From the NCBI GenBank assembly GCA_910584645.1, contig CAJUAU010000004.1, forward strand, positions 7,333 to 71,332: a DNA stretch of 64,000 nt. Direction: 5' to 3'. Positions 27,503-37,674 of the stretch are shown piece after piece. Origin of the DNA: an uncultured Eubacterium sp. Lineage in GTDB: Bacteria > Bacillota > Clostridia > Lachnospirales > Lachnospiraceae. Below the pieces are notes generated by a model. It worked only from the letters and a program-made list of their open reading frames with translations. It was not told the origin of the DNA and did not search any database. Within the stretch, counting starts at the first letter, position 1. Every line of letters begins with the position of its first letter. A program made the translations under genes and the position numbers.

Positions 27503-28561
27503 TTAGTCAGAGTTAGTCTGTTCCATAAAGTTATTACGCAACTGACCACAGGCAGCATCGATATCACTCCCCATCTCTCTTCTTATAGTAACATTTATTC
27601 GATTTTTTTCAAGTATTATTTTAAAATCTCTTATGTTTTCTTCTCTGGAACGTCTGGTTTTCCGCTCTTTTACCTCATTCAAAGGAATGAGATTGATATG
27701 GCAGTTCATGCCGCGGCAGCGCCTGGCAAGCTCGAGAGCATGCTCTCTGCCGTCATTTACCCCGTCGATCATGCTGTACTCAAAAGTAATACGCCGTCCT
27801 GTATAATTAATATATTCGCGGCACACAGAAAAAATTTCCTCAATGGAATATTTATTCGCCACTGGCATCGTCTGACGCCGGATCTCGTCATTAGGCGCAT
27901 GGAGACTGACAGCCAGGGTGATCTGCAGTTTCTCTTTCATCAGATGCCGGATCTGGTCCACCAGGCCGCAGGTGGAGATAGTGATTCCCCGCTGGCTGAG
28001 ATGGAGTCCTTTCTCTGCGGATGCGAGCCGGATAAACCGGAGCAGATTGTCATAATTATCGAGGGGTTCCCCCATTCCCATCACAATGACATTGGATACC
28101 CTCTGTCCCGTTTCATTCTGGATCTCATAGATCTGGGAGAGCATCTCCCCGGCGGTCAGGTTCCTTGTCAGCCCTGTGAGGGTGGAGGCACAAAAGCTGC
28201 AGCCCATCCGGCATCCCACCTGGGATGAGATACACACGCTGTTTCCATGATGGTACTTCATCCATACACTCTCCACCAGATTTCCATCTGACAGTGAAAA
28301 GAGATATTTGGCGGTATCCTGATCCCTGGAAATCTGTTTTTTCCTGATCTGCACCCCAGAGATCTCATGCTGCCGCGCCAGATTCTCCAGAAATTTCCTG
28401 GGAAGGTTGCTGATGCCGGCAAAATCCGGAACCTGCCTGCCATGGATCCACTCAAAGAGCTGCTTTCCGCGGAACGGCTTCTCTCCATACTGTTCCGCCA
28501 GACAGATCATTTCCTGTTCTGTATAGCTTCTTAAGTCAAATTGTTTCATTTCCTTTTCCAA
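27503..28561 (-). CDS. rlmN: 23S rRNA/tRNA (adenine-C2)-methyltransferase, radical SAM
   Basis: Radical-SAM cluster CRMGCSFCAS, VMGMGEPL, and the C-terminal catalytic Cys in DIDAACGQL. Confidence 0.9.
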   Translation of the reverse strand: MEKEMKQFDLRSYTEQEMICLAEQYGEKPFRGKQLFEWIHGRQVPDFAGISNLPRKFLENLARQHEISGVQIRKKQISRDQDTAKYLFSLSDGNLVESVWMKYHHGNSVCISSQVGCRMGCSFCASTLTGLTRNLTAGEMLSQIYEIQNETGQRVSNVIVMGMGEPLDNYDNLLRFIRLASAEKGLHLSQRGITISTCGLVDQIRHLMKEKLQITLAVSLHAPNDEIRRQTMPVANKYSIEEIFSVCREYINYTGRRITFEYSMIDGVNDGREHALELARRCRGMNCHINLIPLNEVKERKTRRSREENIRDFKIILEKNRINVTIRREMGSDIDAACGQLRNNFMEQTNSD

Positions 28562-28580
28562 TCCAAAACATTCGTGTTCT

Positions 28581-29924
28581 TTACTTCATAAACTTTGCCA
28601 CAAAGAATCCATTTCCCTCGTGGATCCCCGGCAGGATCTGCAGCATTCCCCGTGCTGTCATTTTATTTCTCAGCTCCTCTGGAAGATCTTCATCCAAAGA
28701 CAACAGCTGTAACGACAGCTCCTCTGCGATCCAGCGGGCATTTTCTTCGTTCTCCGCAGGATTTATGGTACAGGTGCTGTAGATCAGCGTCCCTCCAGGT
28801 CTGAGAGCCCTCACAGCCCCCCGCAGGATCTCCCGCTGCAGCTTTTGCAGCCCTGGCGCATTCTGTACCGCCGTGTAACGGATTTCTGGTTTTCTGCCGA
28901 TCACACCGATCCCGGAACAGGGAACGTCCGCAATCACCACATCGGCCCTTTCTTCCCATTCCGGATCCGCCGCCCTGCCGTCCCAGAGCTTGATCTCTAT
29001 GTTCTCCGCCTTTAACCGCTGTACATTTTCCCGAATGCGCTGCAGCTTATATTCTGAGACATCCCTGGCGCTGACCACACCAGTCCCTTCCAGCAGGTCC
29101 GCCGCATGCAGCGCTTTTCCACCAGGGCTGCTGCACACGTCTATCACGGAATCCCCCGGACGGATGCCGGAAACCATCACCGGGAGCAGGGAACTTTCGT
29201 CCTGGATCATAAAATGCCCTTCTGCAAAGCCAGGCAGCTCTTCCACCCGTTCCACCCCGGACAATCGGAAAGCATGGCTGGCATAGGGGCAGGGAACCGT
29301 CTGAATTCCCGCTTTCATAAGATTGTCCAGAACCTGGCTGGTACTGGCATTTGAAGTCTGGACCCGGATCGTCAACGGATTTTCTGTCTCAAAGGAGGAC
29401 AGAATCTTTTCCGTGGTCTTTTTTCCATAAGCTTCTATCAGCAGCCCGGCCAGCTCCTCCGGCACAGAATACATAAATGCCAGCTTTTCTGTCTCTCTTC
29501 GGCACTTTTTCAAAATCCCCCGGCAAAGTTCCTCTTTATCTGCCCGTGCTACATTGCGGAGCACTCCATTGACAAAACCTGCCAGGCCCTGGAAATTCTT
29601 CTTCTTTGCCAGCTTTACCATTTCATTGCAGGTGGCTGACGCCGGGACAGAATCCATATACCAGAGTTCATAAATGCCCATGCGCAGTATCGAGCGGATC
29701 ACGGGTTTCAGCTGTGCCGCCGGAGTTTTAGAAAAAAAATCGATGACACGGTCCAACGCTGCCGCCCGTTCTATCGTCCCATAAGAAGTTCTTCGTATAA
29801 AACCTTTTTCCTGCCCACTCCATTTTCTGGAAGGCCCCTGTTCTGCCACACGGTGAAACCAGTCGTCGCTATGGCCTTTTTCTTCCAGTGTTCCATAAAC
29901 AATATCAAAGACTGCTCTTCTCAC
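28581..29924 (-). CDS. rsmB: 16S rRNA (cytosine967-C5)-methyltransferase
   Basis: NusB-like N-terminus. SAM-MTase motifs DVCSSPGGK, DVPCSGIGV, TLIYSTCT. 4-nt overlap with fmt. Confidence 0.85.
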   Translation of the reverse strand: MRRAVFDIVYGTLEEKGHSDDWFHRVAEQGPSRKWSGQEKGFIRRTSYGTIERAAALDRVIDFFSKTPAAQLKPVIRSILRMGIYELWYMDSVPASATCNEMVKLAKKKNFQGLAGFVNGVLRNVARADKEELCRGILKKCRRETEKLAFMYSVPEELAGLLIEAYGKKTTEKILSSFETENPLTIRVQTSNASTSQVLDNLMKAGIQTVPCPYASHAFRLSGVERVEELPGFAEGHFMIQDESSLLPVMVSGIRPGDSVIDVCSSPGGKALHAADLLEGTGVVSARDVSEYKLQRIRENVQRLKAENIEIKLWDGRAADPEWEERADVVIADVPCSGIGVIGRKPEIRYTAVQNAPGLQKLQREILRGAVRALRPGGTLIYSTCTINPAENEENARWIAEELSLQLLSLDEDLPEELRNKMTARGMLQILPGIHEGNGFFVAKFMK

Positions 29925-30850
29925 AAGGTCTCTCCATTCTGTATCTTCATCCCCCGCAGGAAATCACCGGCTGACATCCGCTTTTTCCCTTCCAGCTGGA
30001 TCTCCAGGAGCCGGAGAAGTCCGTCACCGGTCTGGATGCTGAAACTGTCCTTCCCCACCTCTGCCACGGTTCCCGGCGCCAGATCTGTATTTCCAGGTAC
30101 CGCCTCTGCCCGCCAGATCTTTAACATCTTTCCACGGAATTCCGTGTAGGCGCTGGGCCAGGAATTCAGTCCTCTGACGTACCGTTCCAGTTTTTCTGCC
30201 TTCCAGGAAAAGTCCAGCCTGCCAAGTTCCTTCGTGAGCATTTTAGCATAGGTGCTATCCTCATCCTTCTGAGTAACAGGCTCCAGCGTACCCTTCTCTG
30301 CCCGCTCCAGTGTCTCCAGCAAAAGGGGGCCTCCCATCTCAGAAAGCTTTTCAAACAAGCTCTCTCCCGTCTCCTCTGCCGTCAGCGGGATCTCCTTTTT
30401 CAGCAGCATGTCCCCGGTATCAAGGCCTTCGTCCATCTGCATCGTCGTGATGCCGGTGGCAGCATCCCCCTCCAGAATGGCCCACTGGATCGGAGCTGCC
30501 CCCCGCCATCTCGGTAACAGAGAAGCATGGACATTGATGCAGCCATAAGCTGGCATTTCCAGTATTTCTTTGGAGAGGATCTGGCCAAATGCCACAACCA
30601 CGATCACATCACAGGAAATCCCCCGCAGGGTCTCTACAAATTCAGGATCTTTTACCTTTGTAGGCGTGTACACTGGAATATCATGTTCCAGCGCCACCTT
30701 TTTGACCGGGGTAAAACTCAGGCTGCCGCTGCGCCCTCTCGCCTTATCTGGCTGGGTCACCACGGCCGTGACCCGGTGCTGTCCTGAATTGGTCAGCGCC
30801 TTCAGGACCGGAACAGCAAAATCCGGCGTCCCCATAAATATAACATCCAT
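29921..30850 (-). CDS. fmt: Methionyl-tRNA formyltransferase
   Basis: FMGTPDFAVP, VVVAFGQIL, NVHASLLPRWRGAAPI. Confidence 0.9.
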   Translation of the reverse strand: MDVIFMGTPDFAVPVLKALTNSGQHRVTAVVTQPDKARGRSGSLSFTPVKKVALEHDIPVYTPTKVKDPEFVETLRGISCDVIVVVAFGQILSKEILEMPAYGCINVHASLLPRWRGAAPIQWAILEGDAATGITTMQMDEGLDTGDMLLKKEIPLTAEETGESLFEKLSEMGGPLLLETLERAEKGTLEPVTQKDEDSTYAKMLTKELGRLDFSWKAEKLERYVRGLNSWPSAYTEFRGKMLKIWRAEAVPGNTDLAPGTVAEVGKDSFSIQTGDGLLRLLEIQLEGKKRMSAGDFLRGMKIQNGETL

Positions 30851-30861
30851 CTGTGTCCTCC

Positions 30862-31341
30862 TTATTCCTCTGCTTCACCGACGTCTACCAGTTCCCCTTC
30901 TACTTTATCCACATAGAGCTGGCCGTCCAGATGCTCGATCTCATGGATCAGCGCCCTTGCCAGCAGTTCCTCTCCCTCGATCTCGAATTCCAGCATATTT
31001 TTATCAAAGGCACGCACCCGAACCACATTGGGCCTCGTGACAATCCCTGCCTTCCCAGGAACACTGAGGCATCCCTCACTGCCCCGCTGCTCTCCCTCGG
31101 TATGAATGATCTCAGGATTTACAAGGACAATAGGGCTGTCCTGCTCTGCCGTCACATCAATCACCGCGATGCGTTTCAGGATGCCAACCTGGGGCGCAGC
31201 CAGCCCCACTCCGTCCGCCTCATACATGGTCTCCAGCATATCATCGATCAATTCCCTGGTCTTTTCCGTGATCTCTCTTACCTCTTTTGCTTTCTTATAC
31301 AGAATCTCATCGCCTATTTCGCGTATATTTCTTAGCGCCAT
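30862..31341 (-). CDS. def: Peptide deformylase
   Basis: GVGLAAPQVG, EGCLS, HEIEHLDG. Start moved to MALRNIREIGD (GGAGG RBS). Confidence 0.9.
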   Translation of the reverse strand: MALRNIREIGDEILYKKAKEVREITEKTRELIDDMLETMYEADGVGLAAPQVGILKRIAVIDVTAEQDSPIVLVNPEIIHTEGEQRGSEGCLSVPGKAGIVTRPNVVRVRAFDKNMLEFEIEGEELLARALIHEIEHLDGQLYVDKVEGELVDVGEAEE

Positions 31342-31373
31342 GATTTTTCCTCCATTCATTCTGAATACACCCA

Positions 31374-33605
31374 TCAATCCACTTCATACTGGATATAACA
31401 GGCATATTTCTTTTTCTCAGACTCCTGGTCCACCCAGGCTTTTACGGTCTCGGTCTGCGCAAGCTCCCCGGTTTTTACATAAAAAGTAAAACCATATTGG
31501 TCCTTTCTTTTCTTTCCCCCATCGCCGGCAGGACCCACTACCGAAGCCAGACTGCCGAACTTTTTCCTGGCAGCATCCGCCAGCTCCTTAACACATGCCA
31601 TCCCCGTTTCCCGGTCCTCTGAAAAGATACGTACCGTGAGCATGGAAAAATAGGGAGGATAGCTTAACATACTACGGTACGCCAGTTCATTTTCATAAAA
31701 AACCTCTGCATCCTGGGCAGCCACACTCTGGATCACATAGTGGTCCGGGCGGTAGGTCTGAATAACCACTTCTCCCCGTTTCTGCCCTCTTCCCGCTCTT
31801 CCGCTGGCCTGCATAAGCAGCTGAAAGGTTCTCTCACTGCTGCGGTAATCGTTTTCAAACATGCTCATGTCTGCCGCCAGTGCCGCCACCAGAGTTACAT
31901 TGGGAAAGTCATGCCCCTTCACGATCATCTGGGTTCCAATGAGAATATCCGCCTTTCCTTCCCGGAATCCGGACAAAACAGATTCGTGTCCATGCTTCCC
32001 GGAAGTGGTGTCTGCATCCATCCGCAGAACCTTCGCCATTGGAAACTGACGCTGGAGCATCTCTTCCACCTTCTGGGTTCCCAGACCAAATGCTGCGATA
32101 TACGGAGATCCACATTCCGGGCACCTCTCCGGCATCCTCACAGCGTGTCCGCAGTAGTGGCAGACCAGTGTATCCACCTCACCCAGATGGTTTTTATGTG
32201 CCGTCATGGATACATCACAATGAGGACATTGTAACACATTTCCGCAATTTCTACAAGAAACAAAGCCCGCATACCCTCTCCGGTTGATAAAAAGCATGAT
32301 CTGTTCTTTTTTCTCCAGACGGTCCAGGATCTTCTGCCGGAGGATGCGGCTGAACACCGAACGGTTTTTTTCCCTTAACTCCTGTCTGAGGTCTACCACA
32401 TGGATATCCGGCAGAAGGGCATCCCCGGCACGCCTGGTCAGCCGGTACTCTTTATATCTGCCTTCCTTTGCCATCAGATAACTTTTTACCGAGGGCGTCG
32501 CCGAACCAAAGATCACACTGGCTCCTGTCTGGCTGGCGCGGAACAGTGCCACTTCATCGCTGTGATAGCGGGGAACTCCCTCACTGATGTAGCTGTTTTC
32601 ATGCTCCTCGTCCAGGATAATGGCTCCCAGCCTTTCAAAAGGGGTAAACAATGCCGATCTGGGGCCGATCATAATGTCCAGTTCTCCCATCCTGGCCCTC
32701 TCATACTGATCGTAGCGCTCCCCCTCTGAGAGCCTGGAGTGGATGACGGAAACCCTCTCGCCAAACGCCTGGCGGAAACGGGATACCGTCTGGAAAGTCA
32801 GGGCGATCTCCGGGATCAATACGATTGCCTGCTTTCCCTCCGCCAGTACGGTCTCTAAAAAACGAATAAACACCTCCGTTTTTCCGCTTCCAGTAATACC
32901 ATACAAAAGATACGGCCTCCGCAGACCACTTTGGTACTCTTCGGCAAAATCCTCCACGATCTCTCTCTGCTCTTCATTCAGCACCCTGGGAACATCCGGC
33001 TCCTGCCTGGAAGATTCCAGATCCACCGGATTCCGGTACTTTTTCTCCCTGGCCACGGTAAGGATCCCTTCCTTAACCAGACTGTCGATCACCGGCTTTT
33101 TTACCTGGTACTGACGGTCTGCCTTCCTCCTTGTCATCGTGCCTCCCTCGGCAAGAAGCCCCCGGATCAGCCGTACTTTCGCCACATAATGCTTCCGCTC
33201 GTATTCGTGGAGGATATCCATGACGGATCTTTCATCCATAGCAAAATTAAGCCAGTGTTCTTCCACTGACTTAATCTTTTTCCGGACAGGCAGAACGGTC
33301 TTTAGCGCTTCATTCATCGTGGAGCCATACCGGTCCCTGATAAATCCGGCAAGGGCCAGTAACTGTCCCTCCACCGGCACCTGCTTCTGCTCCACTTTCA
33401 GGATATCTTTGATCCGGTTCACATCAAAGGCCGGCTGTTCCGTCAGATTCACCACAAAACCATGAAGCATCCGGTTCCCCCGCCCAAAGGGTACCTGGAC
33501 AGGTGTCCCAATCACCACCAATTCCTCCATCCATTCCGGGACATGATACTGGTAGGTCTTATCCAGCGCCTCCACACTGATATCTACGATTATATCTGCG
33601 TACAC
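31374..33605 (-). CDS. priA: Primosomal protein N' (replication restart helicase)
   Basis: Walker A GITGSGKT, DEEH box, Cys-rich zinc module CRNCG..CPHCD...CHYCG...CPECG. Confidence 0.9.
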   Translation of the reverse strand: MYADIIVDISVEALDKTYQYHVPEWMEELVVIGTPVQVPFGRGNRMLHGFVVNLTEQPAFDVNRIKDILKVEQKQVPVEGQLLALAGFIRDRYGSTMNEALKTVLPVRKKIKSVEEHWLNFAMDERSVMDILHEYERKHYVAKVRLIRGLLAEGGTMTRRKADRQYQVKKPVIDSLVKEGILTVAREKKYRNPVDLESSRQEPDVPRVLNEEQREIVEDFAEEYQSGLRRPYLLYGITGSGKTEVFIRFLETVLAEGKQAIVLIPEIALTFQTVSRFRQAFGERVSVIHSRLSEGERYDQYERARMGELDIMIGPRSALFTPFERLGAIILDEEHENSYISEGVPRYHSDEVALFRASQTGASVIFGSATPSVKSYLMAKEGRYKEYRLTRRAGDALLPDIHVVDLRQELREKNRSVFSRILRQKILDRLEKKEQIMLFINRRGYAGFVSCRNCGNVLQCPHCDVSMTAHKNHLGEVDTLVCHYCGHAVRMPERCPECGSPYIAAFGLGTQKVEEMLQRQFPMAKVLRMDADTTSGKHGHESVLSGFREGKADILIGTQMIVKGHDFPNVTLVAALAADMSMFENDYRSSERTFQLLMQASGRAGRGQKRGEVVIQTYRPDHYVIQSVAAQDAEVFYENELAYRSMLSYPPYFSMLTVRIFSEDRETGMACVKELADAARKKFGSLASVVGPAGDGGKKRKDQYGFTFYVKTGELAQTETVKAWVDQESEKKKYACYIQYEVD

Positions 33606-35020
33606 TACATCACTACCTTTTTCACCACTTCATCCATGTGCATCCCGCGGGATCCCTTTACTAACACCCAGTCCCCCGGCTGTGCCAGCTGTCTGACAAA
33701 TTCCGCCGCTTCTTCGTTGCTGCTGCATATTCTGGTTGGAATATCCGAACCGCTCTCCACCTGGCGGCAGATAAAGGCGGCTCCTTCCCCCACCGTTATG
33801 ACATAGGAAAGTTTTTTCCCCTTCCCCGCCTCCTGGATAATATGATCACCGATGCCGCGGTGCAGGCTCTCCTTCTGCTCTCCCAGCTCCAGTACGTCCC
33901 CAAGGACCACGATCTTCCTGCCCTCTGTGCCATAATCAAAAAGGGCATCAATATTGCTGTTTATAGAGTCCGGGCTGGCATTATAAGTATCGTCGATCAA
34001 ATGGTAACCGTGGCAGTCCAGACGTTCTCCCCGCATGGAAAAGGGGCGGTATTGTCTCAGTGCCTCCAGCGCCTGATCCAGCCCTACGCCAAACTGCTCT
34101 CCCAGAGCCAGCGCCACCACTGCATTGTTAACATTATGTCCTCCCATCACCGAAAGCTCCACTCTGCAGTCCTCTCTCCCATGATACCGAAAAGACTGCC
34201 CACTCTCTGTGACCTGGATATCTGAGGCCTGGATCCGGCACCCCGGTTCCGTACCATAATAAATGACCTCGCAGCCGCCAGCGCATAATTCATAAGGAAT
34301 ATTTTCCCCGGTCAGCTCAGGAAGATCCCCATTTCCACATATATAACACATTCCGCCATGGGAACTTCCCACATATTTGACAATATGCCCCTTTTCAAAG
34401 GCGATGGCCTCTCTGCTGCCCAGATTGCCGATATGGGATACACCAATATTGGTCACCACTGCGGTCTGGGGCCTGGCAATCTCTACCAGCCTCGCCATCT
34501 CCCCGGGCATACTCATCCCCATCTCAAAGACAGCGATCTCCGTATCTTTTTCGATGTGGAACATCATCTGCGCCACGCCGATCTGGCTGTTGAGGTTTCC
34601 AATGGTCTTCAACAGATTGTATTTTGTGGCAAGCACAGCGCTTACCATTTCTTTCGTAGTTGTTTTCCCAACACTTCCTGTTATGCCTATGACTGGAATA
34701 TCAAACTGCTGGCGGTACCATCCTGCCAGTTTCTGAAAAGCTGCCAGGGTATCCTCCACCCAGATTATGACAGCTCCAGACAGACCTCCTGCCCCGTCAG
34801 CCGCTTCCCGCTTAGAGGTAAGGGCTGCTGCCCCTGCCTGAAGCACTTGTGGGATAAACCGGTGGGCATCGATCCGCTCCCCGATAATGGGAACAAACAA
34901 TGTCCCCTCTCCCGCCAGCCTCGAATCCGTTACCACATCGGTAACAACCCTCTGTGGATCACCGCAGATAAGTTCTCCGCCAGTAGCACAAACCACGTCA
35001 TTGATACAAAATGATAACAT
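33605..35020 (-). CDS. murF: UDP-N-acetylmuramoyl-tripeptide--D-alanyl-D-alanine ligase
   Basis: Mur ligase P-loop GITGSVGKTTTKEM, DDTYNASP, and length and layout typical of MurF. Confidence 0.85.
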   Translation of the reverse strand: MLSFCINDVVCATGGELICGDPQRVVTDVVTDSRLAGEGTLFVPIIGERIDAHRFIPQVLQAGAAALTSKREAADGAGGLSGAVIIWVEDTLAAFQKLAGWYRQQFDIPVIGITGSVGKTTTKEMVSAVLATKYNLLKTIGNLNSQIGVAQMMFHIEKDTEIAVFEMGMSMPGEMARLVEIARPQTAVVTNIGVSHIGNLGSREAIAFEKGHIVKYVGSSHGGMCYICGNGDLPELTGENIPYELCAGGCEVIYYGTEPGCRIQASDIQVTESGQSFRYHGREDCRVELSVMGGHNVNNAVVALALGEQFGVGLDQALEALRQYRPFSMRGERLDCHGYHLIDDTYNASPDSINSNIDALFDYGTEGRKIVVLGDVLELGEQKESLHRGIGDHIIQEAGKGKKLSYVITVGEGAAFICRQVESGSDIPTRICSSNEEAAEFVRQLAQPGDWVLVKGSRGMHMDEVVKKVVM

Positions 35021-35030
35021 ACTTTCCCCT

Positions 35031-35792
35031 TTATTTTGCTGCGATCACATCTGCCATGTCAAACCGGCCATTCTTCTTTCCCGTCAGGAATTTCGCCGCC
35101 GCCACAGCCCCCTTGGCAAACACAGCTTTGCTGTAAGCCGTATGGGAGAAGGTGATCACCTCATCCTCTCCAGCAAAGATCACATCGTGTTCTCCCACAA
35201 TGGTGCCGCCGCGGACAGAACTGATCCCCAGTTCTTTTTTCCCCCGTTTCTCCCTCCTCTGGGAACGGTCATAGATATATTCGTACTGACCGTCCATCGC
35301 CTCATTTACAGAGTCCGCCAGGGCAAGTGCAGTCCCCGAAGGGGCATCTAATTTTTGGTTATGATGTTTTTCCACGATCTCGATATCAAAGCCCTCTGGT
35401 GCAAACACCTTCGCCGCTTTCCTAATGAGATGGAGCAGCGTATTGACACCGAGAGACATGTTGGCTGCTTTAAGTACTGCTATTTTCTCCGCTGCCCCTT
35501 CGATCTTTTCCAGCTGGGACTCATCATAACCGGTGGTGCAAAGCACTGCCGGAAGTCCTTTATCCTCACAATAAGAGAGCAGATCATCCAGAATCTTAGG
35601 CGTAGAAAAATCGATGAGGGCGTCTGCCTCCACGTCACAGTCGAGAATGGAGGAAAATACCGGATAATCATTTCTCCCCTCATCCGCAATATCGATCCCC
35701 GCCACGATCCGGGCTTCTTCATCCTTCGCCACAAGGTCCGAGATCATTTTTCCCATGGCACCATTGCAGCCGCTCATTATTATCCTTGTCAT
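35031..35792 (-). CDS. dapB: 4-hydroxy-tetrahydrodipicolinate reductase
   Basis: SGCNGAMGK nucleotide-binding N-terminus and EKHHNQKLDAPSGTA. Start moved to MTRIIMSG. Confidence 0.85.
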   Translation of the reverse strand: MTRIIMSGCNGAMGKMISDLVAKDEEARIVAGIDIADEGRNDYPVFSSILDCDVEADALIDFSTPKILDDLLSYCEDKGLPAVLCTTGYDESQLEKIEGAAEKIAVLKAANMSLGVNTLLHLIRKAAKVFAPEGFDIEIVEKHHNQKLDAPSGTALALADSVNEAMDGQYEYIYDRSQRREKRGKKELGISSVRGGTIVGEHDVIFAGEDEVITFSHTAYSKAVFAKGAVAAAKFLTGKKNGRFDMADVIAAK

Positions 35793-35840
35793 GTCGTACA
35801 TCCTTTCCAAAAGAATTTTATAAAATCGTTACATTAATGT

Positions 35841-36734
35841 TCATATGATCCCTGCTTTTTTCATCTCTTCAGCCAGTCTTGCTGCATTCTTCTCCTCCAT
35901 CTCCGTCAGAGGCGCCCTCAGAGATCCCACTTCCATTCCCATCAGGTTCATTGCCTTTTTCACCGGAATGGGGTTTACCTCACAGAACAGAGCACCGATC
36001 AGATCAAAATAGGACAACTGCATTTCCATACTTTTTTTAGCATCCCCTGCCAGAAAATCCGCCACCATTTCATGGGTCTGCCGGGGAAGAATATTGGACA
36101 GCACAGAGATAACTCCCTTTCCTCCCAGGGACACCACAGGTACGATCTGATCGTCATTGCCGGAATAGAGATCTACCTCCACCCCTTCTTTTTTTGCCAG
36201 GGCAAGTACATTTGCCACTTCTGAGATATCACCGGTAGCATCCTTTACGCCGACAATGTTTTTGACATCGCGGCACAAACCGACTACAGTCTCTGGTAAG
36301 ATCTTCACGCCAGTTCTTCCTGGTATATTGTAAAGAAGAATCGGTATGTTTACGGATTCCGCCACCTGGGTAAAGTGGGCTTTCAACCCGTTCTGCGTAC
36401 ACTTATTGTAATATGGCGTCACAAGAAGCAGTCCATCTGCTCCCGCTTTCTCCGCCTCCTGGGAAAGATATACAGCTGTTGCTGTACAATTTGAACCGGT
36501 TCCTGCGATCACAGGGATCCTCTTATCTGCCACTTCGCAGCAGAACCGGATACATTCGATATGTTCCTCATGGCTCAGTGTGGATGCCTCACCGGTGGTT
36601 CCACAGATAATAATGGCATCGGTCTGATTTTTAATCTGAAATTCAATGATTTCTCTCATCTTATCATAATTTACCGAACCATCGGCATTCATCGGAGTAA
36701 TCAGTGCTACTCCTGCTCCTGTAAAAATTGACAT
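35841..36734 (-). CDS. dapA: 4-hydroxy-tetrahydrodipicolinate synthase
   Basis: GVALITPM, CGTTGE, YNIPGRTG, VGVKDATG (Schiff-base Lys). Confidence 0.9.
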   Translation of the reverse strand: MSIFTGAGVALITPMNADGSVNYDKMREIIEFQIKNQTDAIIICGTTGEASTLSHEEHIECIRFCCEVADKRIPVIAGTGSNCTATAVYLSQEAEKAGADGLLLVTPYYNKCTQNGLKAHFTQVAESVNIPILLYNIPGRTGVKILPETVVGLCRDVKNIVGVKDATGDISEVANVLALAKKEGVEVDLYSGNDDQIVPVVSLGGKGVISVLSNILPRQTHEMVADFLAGDAKKSMEMQLSYFDLIGALFCEVNPIPVKKAMNLMGMEVGSLRAPLTEMEEKNAARLAEEMKKAGII

Positions 36735-36759
36735 ACTTTTTTCCTCCTAACATTTTCAC

Positions 36760-36985
36760 GAAAAAGAAGCGACATTCCCGATCAATGGAAATGCCGCAAA
36801 AATTCAATCACATTCTGTAGCACTCCATCTTAAAAGATGACAGTCATATACTTCTTCAGCATATGCCCAGGCAGACAGTCTCAGGTATCTGTCTCCTTCG
36901 GCAGACTTTCCTTTCATTTACCATCATCTATGTAACCTGACACATCCGGAAAACTACTGATAAAGTCCGCGCCTCTACTCTTTCT
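36760..36985 (-). promoter_or_regulatory. Lysine (L-box) riboswitch with terminator, in the dapA leader
   Basis: The minus-strand RNA reads AGAGGCGCGGACUUUAUCAGUAG...GGAAAGUCUGCCGAAGGAG...CUGCCUGGGCAUAUG...AUGACUGUCAUC. These match the conserved L-box segments as I recall them from B. subtilis lysC (AGAGGUGCGAACUUCAAGAGUA, GUCGCCGAAG, GGCUGUCA). The 3' end GCGGCAUUUCC...GGGAAUGUCGC plus UUCUUUUU is a terminator 25 nt before the dapA RBS. Confidence 0.75.
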
Positions 36986-37036
36986 TATTCACTTGTTATT
37001 TATCATATCACTAATGGAGATACCCGTCAATACCAA

Positions 37037-37519
37037 TTATCGTATTTCTGATACTTCATCCACATATGCCCGGATCTGATCTGGAAGCTTGGCTCCGGTA
37101 ATGATCAATTTTTTGTAATCTCCCTGAATGCGGATGAGATCCTCCACATCATTTTCGGTGATTATATTTAGATCGATCAGTCCCAGCAGCTCATCCAGGA
37201 TGATCACATCACTCTCTCCTGTCTCCAGCACTTTTTTTGAAAAATTAAAACCGTTTAATATGTTATGTTTTTCTTCCCGTTTCGCATCCTCTGGCAGATC
37301 GCAGTAACTGCTCTCACTTTTATCAAAGCGGAATATCTTCATATCCGGTTCCAGGCGCTCCAGTACCTGAAATTCGTCAGCCACCTTCCCTTTAAGAAAC
37401 TGGATCATGGTAATTCTCTGTCCTTCCTGTAATTCTCTGAGTGCCTGACCAACCGCTGCCGATGTCTTCCCCTTTCCGTCTCCGTAAAAGACCTGGACAA
37501 TTCCTGTTTTCATCGTCAT
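37037..37519 (-). CDS. cobO: Cob(I)yrinic acid a,c-diamide (corrinoid) adenosyltransferase, CobO/BtuR family
   Basis: VQVFYGDGKGKTSAAVGQALR, ITMIQFLKG, DVIILDELLG. Start moved to MTMKTGIV (GAGAGGTG RBS). Confidence 0.7.
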   Translation of the reverse strand: MTMKTGIVQVFYGDGKGKTSAAVGQALRELQEGQRITMIQFLKGKVADEFQVLERLEPDMKIFRFDKSESSYCDLPEDAKREEKHNILNGFNFSKKVLETGESDVIILDELLGLIDLNIITENDVEDLIRIQGDYKKLIITGAKLPDQIRAYVDEVSEIR

Positions 37520-37674
37520 TAACACCTCTCTTTCTTGGGTTTCTGTATGAAAATGCAAAAACTCAAGCTCTCTTTTGTTCATACTGCCACAAAAATGACA
37601 ATAATTCTAAGACTATGAAAATTAATTTACCACAAAAATGATGTCCATGCAAGTAAAAGATGAATTGTGGGATA

